NCBI RefSeq assembly: GCF_036321535.1
Contig: NC_087451.1
Location: 42,842,001-42,906,000 of the forward strand
DNA length: 64,000 nt
Direction of reading: 5' to 3'
Source: Camelus dromedarius
Taxonomy: Eukaryota
The first letter of the stretch is position 1. Each line of letters opens with the position of its first letter. The translations under genes and the position numbers were made by a program. Shown one piece after another: positions 49,009 through 64,000 of the stretch. Under the pieces are notes generated by a model. It did no database searches, had not been told where the DNA came from, and worked only from the letters and a program-made list of their open reading frames with translations.

Positions 49009-50686
49009 TGGGGGTTGTTCTCTCCAGTGCTCCATTCCTGTCAGCCCCTCCAACCATTACGTAGATTTTCGTGATCATTTAGACTCATATTAGGATCCGC
49101 TCTCTCTGCATCTCCCCAATCCCTGCTCTCCACAGGAGCTGATTGACTCCAGTTCTCCTTAATTATCTATTTGCCCAGATTCATTTCTTTAATTTTCTCC
49201 TTGTTACAGGCAGATTTACAGGCTGTTGTAGGGAGTTAGGCATCCCTGAAATATGGTAGAGGGGCCTTTGGCCCAGCCATTTTACAGCCTTTGACAAGCA
49301 AGCTCCCACAGTCCTGTTCTCTCTCGGGTTCCTGTGGGCAGACCTGCAGTTTCCCCTCACCCTGTCCCTCCCTCTGCACTGCCTGCCTCCGGGGCTGCCC
49401 TTATCTGCTCTTCGCAGCCTTCACAGGATACATTCCGGGCAGCTTGGCTCTTTCCGCTCCAGCCACCCCAACACCAATTCTTTTCTTTTCCCTCCTGCAT
49501 GTTTTTGAGCCGATACTTTGTGGATGATTCCGGTTGCATTTTTCAGGAGAGAGATAATCTATGAGCTCTTCTCTAGGTCCCCTCCCTGCGCCTGCGTGAT
49601 AATCCCTCCTCTTCTCCTTCCTTTCCAGCGCCTTTGCAGTTCATTTTGTGAAATGAGATAAAGGCAGTACAGGAACTCGTTCCCAAAATGCTGCTGTGCC
49701 CAGGGAGGGCTAAAAATTGTGGGATGGAAAAGTGGGAGGACATCTTAAAGCCAGAGGTCAAAGAAGCAAAGATTTACTCCATCATCAGATAAGACCCTTA
49801 AGCTCTGCCAAGCATCATGAGGCCAGGGTCAGAAGCTGATTTCCGGGAGAGGTTATGCAGAACTCGATAAACAGACTGGGTGGACATTTGTTGGGTGACC
49901 CTGAGAGACAATTACGGGAAACTTTTTAACGTTTTAGTCATCTCTGCTTTCACCCAGGATTCCTGGGAAGGCAGACGGTACTACTTAGATATTGCTTTTT
50001 CTATTAACCCATCAGTGACTAGGTTGAGGCCTAGCTTACCCCACTGCTCCAGTAAGCCATGGCTTGTCACTGGAAATGAGACACTTCTGACTGCAGACTG
50101 AACCAGTGGCACTTGCTTCCTGCCTGCCTTTATGGACCTCTTGCCAGGCAGACAGGAAGCTGGCATGGGCCTGAGAGAGGTCACAATGTGGGTGAGGCTG
50201 AACTGGTGGGTCTTGACAACCAAAATATAAGCACAAGCTAAGAGGCTGGGTCGGGGTGGAAATACAAGTAGCTACGATCCAATCCTGCCAATCACTTTGC
50301 CTAGGGCTGCTTTCCCAAGGAAAGCTGCCACTTGGAGCCAGGAGCTTTCCACTGCTCCCACCGTAGCCCACAGAGAGGGTGAGTTCACCTCACAACCCTC
50401 TCCTCTCCTTAGATTCCCTTGAGGCTTGAACCAGTGCCTCCTGACCTGGGGTCAGGGACTGATGCAGGTGGAAAGCTGAATGATGGGATGGAAAGGGCAC
50501 GGGTTCAGATCTCCGGATTGTCATTTACTAGCTGTATAAACTCTCAGCACAATCTTACATTTCTAGTTCCTATTCTTCAAATGAAGTGACAAATATCCAC
50601 TTCACAGGATTCCAATCTCTGAACAGAGTAAAGACCAAGAAAAGATGACACAGACTGTTATCTGTGGATTAAGCATGTAAATAGGA

Positions 50687-51319
50687 GTGGCTGTCAGAAT
50701 TCTAAAGATATTCTCCCTAGATTCCTGGCGTGGGGGCTGTTCAATGAAACACTAAGCTAGGTACTGCTGTGAAGGGACTTTGCAACTGTAATTATGGTTG
50801 TGGGCCTTAAGACAGGGAGATCACCCTGGATACCTGGTGGGCACAAGCTAATCACCTGAGCCCTTAAAAACAGAAATTACTCTGGCAGGAGTCAGAGAGC
50901 TGAGCAGAGAGACGAGGCAGAAGGGGATGTCAGAGAGATTCCCAATGTGACAGACTTGATCAGCCATTGCTGGCTTTGAAGATGGAGGTAAGGGGTCATG
51001 AGCCTAAAAATGTGTGTGGCCTCTAGAAGCTAAGGATGACCTCTGGCTGACAGCCAGTGAAGAAATAAGATCTTAGTCTTAACGACTGCAAGGAACAATT
51101 CGGACGTGAAACGAGCTTGGAAACGGATTCATCCCTAGAGCCTCTAGGAAGGAACACAGCCCTGCTGGCACCCTTATTTTGGTCTTGTGCAACCTGAAAC
51201 AGAGAAACCAGTTGAGCCAACTTGGACTTCTGGCCTACAGACCTGCGAGATAATAAATGGGTGTGGATTAAGCCACCAGATTTGTGACAATTTGTTATGG
51301 CAGCAATAGGAAACAAACA
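50687..51319 (+). mobile_element. MLT1-family (MaLR) solo LTR
   Basis: Typical MLT1D/E motifs (gctggctttgaagatggagg, gcctctagaagct, aggaacacagccctgctggcacc, ataataaatgggtg, ttgttatggcagcaataggaaac). Confidence 0.85.
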
Positions 51320-51458
51320 GCAGGTTTTGATGTCCCCTTAATAACCTGGGGAGGTAGTTACAGGGGAGGAGACTACAGTACAGTGAAAAGGCTCTGAGAA
51401 ATTCTGCAGATCTAAGCCTTCGGAACAGTCATACTTGGTGGAAGTATTTGTTATCAAG

Positions 51459-51464
51459 TTTATT
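51459..51464 (-). terminator. BRCA1 polyadenylation signal AATAAA; 3' UTR about 51440-52547
   Basis: The - strand reads ..GCAAATAAACTTGATAACAAATACTTCCA, which matches my recollection of the conserved mammalian BRCA1 3' end. Confidence 0.8.
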
Positions 51465-52547
51465 TGCAGGTGAAGAGCACAGCATTTACAAAACATATTT
51501 TGTACAATCAGGTCTTTACTGCCCTCACATCCTGGGGGCTAAGGAAGACCTAGTCCTTCCAACAGCTATCAACAGTCCTGGATAATGAGTTTATGAAAAA
51601 CACTTTCTCTTCCTTCAGCAAACAAAATTATTTATGATGTTGTACAGCAATAGGGAGCAAAGGGAAAAACATTACCTCAAGGAAAGCAAACAGCTCTGTT
51701 CCTGGTGGGATCCGTCATCTTGCAGACATGAAATATTCATATCAGAGATCTTATATTTCAAGAGGAATGGGTTACATACTGGAACTACAATAATAAACAT
51801 TTTATTTATTACTAATGGGGAATTAGAAGACTCTCTTTGGACACCAGGTCTTGAAAAGATTCTGCTGTTTCAGAGGACCTCAGTGCCAAGAAGTTCCTTA
51901 GAAATCCAGCAACTATAGCCCAGACATTTGGAGATCAGGGTCAGCAAGACTCCTCTCTCCCCTAATTAACCCTCAGATTTCATATTATATCCATTTCCTG
52001 CCTCTGGATTCTCTCTCCAGTGCTCCACCCCAATATCTGAGAGCTGCCCAAGGGCTGTTTTGATTTTAAGTCATGAAACAGATCCCCAAGTACTCGCTTC
52101 CACTGAAGGATCTGACTCTTAGCCTTTAAGAGCACAAGTTTTTGAGGAACAAATTTAGGGAAACCAGCCATTCTCCTGAGGCCAGCCACTCTGTGCCTCC
52201 AGCTCTAAGCCAACAGCCTCAGTAGAAGGAATAAGGCTGATAAATAATGAATCAGCACCTTGCTCAGTTGGTGGGGTTTAAATGGTTTTAAATTCTTTTA
52301 GGTGAAAAATCACCACAATTTTGTGCTCATGGCAGATTTCAAAGGGAGTCTTGAAGAAGAAAATCTTTAAGGGACCCTTGCATGGCCAGAAGTTCTTTTC
52401 AAACTGATGTACATAAAATATTTAGTAATCGGGGCTGTGGAAGGACTGAAGAGGAGTTCCCAGGGCCTGGAAAAAGGCCATTTCTTAAGCTCATTCTTGG
52501 GGTCCTGTGGAACAGGCTGTATCCTCTATACACATGGCTGGTTGGAA

Positions 52548-62251
<9,704 letters not shown>

Positions 62252-64000
62252 TCAGGAAGTGCTGTTGTAAAAAGCTAAAGAGCCCCAGTTCCTTATGCTA
62301 TTTGAGATCAATCTGGATTAATGATTCCAACACCTTGGGTGATAGACTGAGAGGTTGGAAGCACCCCGTAATTGTAACCAGCAGGTGTGGATCTTTGGAA
62401 GCCTAGAAAAGGCTGATATGAAGTTGAGACCACAGGAAATGTCTGCGCTATCTTCTGGATGCCAAGGCCAGCTAAAGATGTCTGTCATTGTGCTTAAGGA
62501 ATTACCCATGTTCATAGTATTGATACATGTGAACGGGGAAGATCTGCTTTACTGGATGACAATAAGTGAAAGAAGAAAACAGTATTGTTGAAATCCTAAA
62601 TATGAAATGTCAATGTAAGTGATGATTTCTCACCCCCAGAACTTCTACCTGGGGATTCCTAACCCCCAATTCCTAATTCCCCTGAGAGGGACAGAAAAAT
62701 ACAGTCTTTTCATAGCTTTACTCTTTTCAACATAAGTATTACAGAAAACAGTAGCTGAAGAATCACTTTGGCTGCTCATTTCTTAGTGTTTTGAAGGCCC
62801 TTCTGAAGAGCTAAGCAAACTCAAGAAGGAACACTAAGGTTTAAACAGGAGAAATGTATTTGACTAAATCCTAAACACAGCAGGCCATCTGCCAGTGGTA
62901 GCAACAGTAGCAATTCTCCCTAACAGAATTCTTCACAAATTTTAAAAAGCTTTTTTCTTTCTTCACAATTTTAAAAGCTTTTTGTTTAACTGCAGTGAAG
63001 ATTGATTTAATAATATGCTTTAAACTCAGAAATTTTAGCTTATTTTTAGTTTAAAAGTAGCAAATCTTGTATTGCCTTTGGTTTAAAGACTAAACTACTT
63101 CAGATTTAGTTTGCATTTTAAAGTTTTCTTTTCACATTTCAGCAGCTTTGATCCAAACCAATAGCTTAAGATATATTAAAATTTAATGACATCTCTGAAA
63201 CAGTACTTACTTAGTTCATGGTACCTTATTTTAGCATCTGGTTTCCGTGAGTATTATCCTCTGACCCTGTGGTATGATCTTCATACAGTAGAAACCTAAC
63301 ATCTTAGAGATTCTAAGTCAGTGTGTCCCCTGCCAAGGAGTCTGGACCTTATGCTCAAGCACCTGCAGCTGTATAAACAGAAACATCCTGGAGAGGACCA
63401 CTGCATTTCCAGAGAGCCCATTTTGTTAGGGAGGTCTTAAGAGTTGTGCTATAATCTGCATCTTCTGTGTGCTACAGGCACCAGTCTTTGCCTTCTGGAA
63501 CCCATGAGTGAGTCTAACTCCTCTTCCAGATAATAACTCTTGAGATATTTGAAGACAGTTGTCTTGTTCCCTTAAGTCTTCTCATTCCTTTGTTTGTTCT
63601 TCAAATGACATTGCTTTGAATTCTTTTTCCCCATTCTCATCATCTACCTCTGGATAAACACTCTTCAGTTGTCAGTGACCAGCATAAAAAGAAAGCATGG
63701 TGCTCAAAACAGAGCACACACCTGCCAGGTGGTCGCTCCAGCAGGGAATACAGTGGGGCTAGGGTGGGCGGTCGGGATTGTCAGCTACCTGCTCTGGACA
63801 TCAGGCTTGTATCAATAAGGCCCAATTCCAAATGAGCTTTGTTAGCATCCCTGAAATGTTTAGTCAGACTTAGCTTACAGTCAACTAAAAGCCTCCAAGG
63901 TCTCTGTTATCACCATGCAAGTCATATTTAAGGTTTAAAAAGGGGAAGGTATATGATGAATGAATGTTTCCCTTCTCTTCTTCCTTTTACATATGCAAGG

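Overview
Mammalian genomic DNA, most likely a camelid (inferred from five copies of the camelid-type tRNA-derived SINE and no primate Alu or ruminant Bov-type SINEs seen). The window is the conserved BRCA1-distal gene block, syntenic with human 17q21.31: PTGES3L (-, exons 1-5, 3' end outside window), RUNDC1 (+, complete, 613 aa), RPL27 (+, 136 aa), IFI35 (+, about 278 aa), VAT1 (-, 400 aa), RND2 (+, about 231 aa) and the last seven coding exons plus 3' UTR of BRCA1 (-, tandem BRCT region). All visible exon boundaries were read by hand and are GT-AG and phase-consistent. Five N-runs of 128-169 nt hide parts of RPL27 and RND2 exons and of an L1. I found no new multi-gene system. The most interesting unexplained structure is a 137-bp, about 84%-identical copy of the BRCA1 intron-21 acceptor and first half of exon 22, placed directly after the exon-23 donor. 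It keeps an intact AG, the correct phase, an open frame to a stop, and a downstream AATAAA, so it is a candidate alternative terminal exon or recursive splice site that would remodel BRCT2. Next come a TSD-flanked full-length U6/L1 chimeric retrogene in IFI35 intron 1, a 97%-identical 118-bp local duplication beside it, and lineage-specific indels in IFI35 and RND2. Comparisons to human sequences are from memory and need alignment to confirm.
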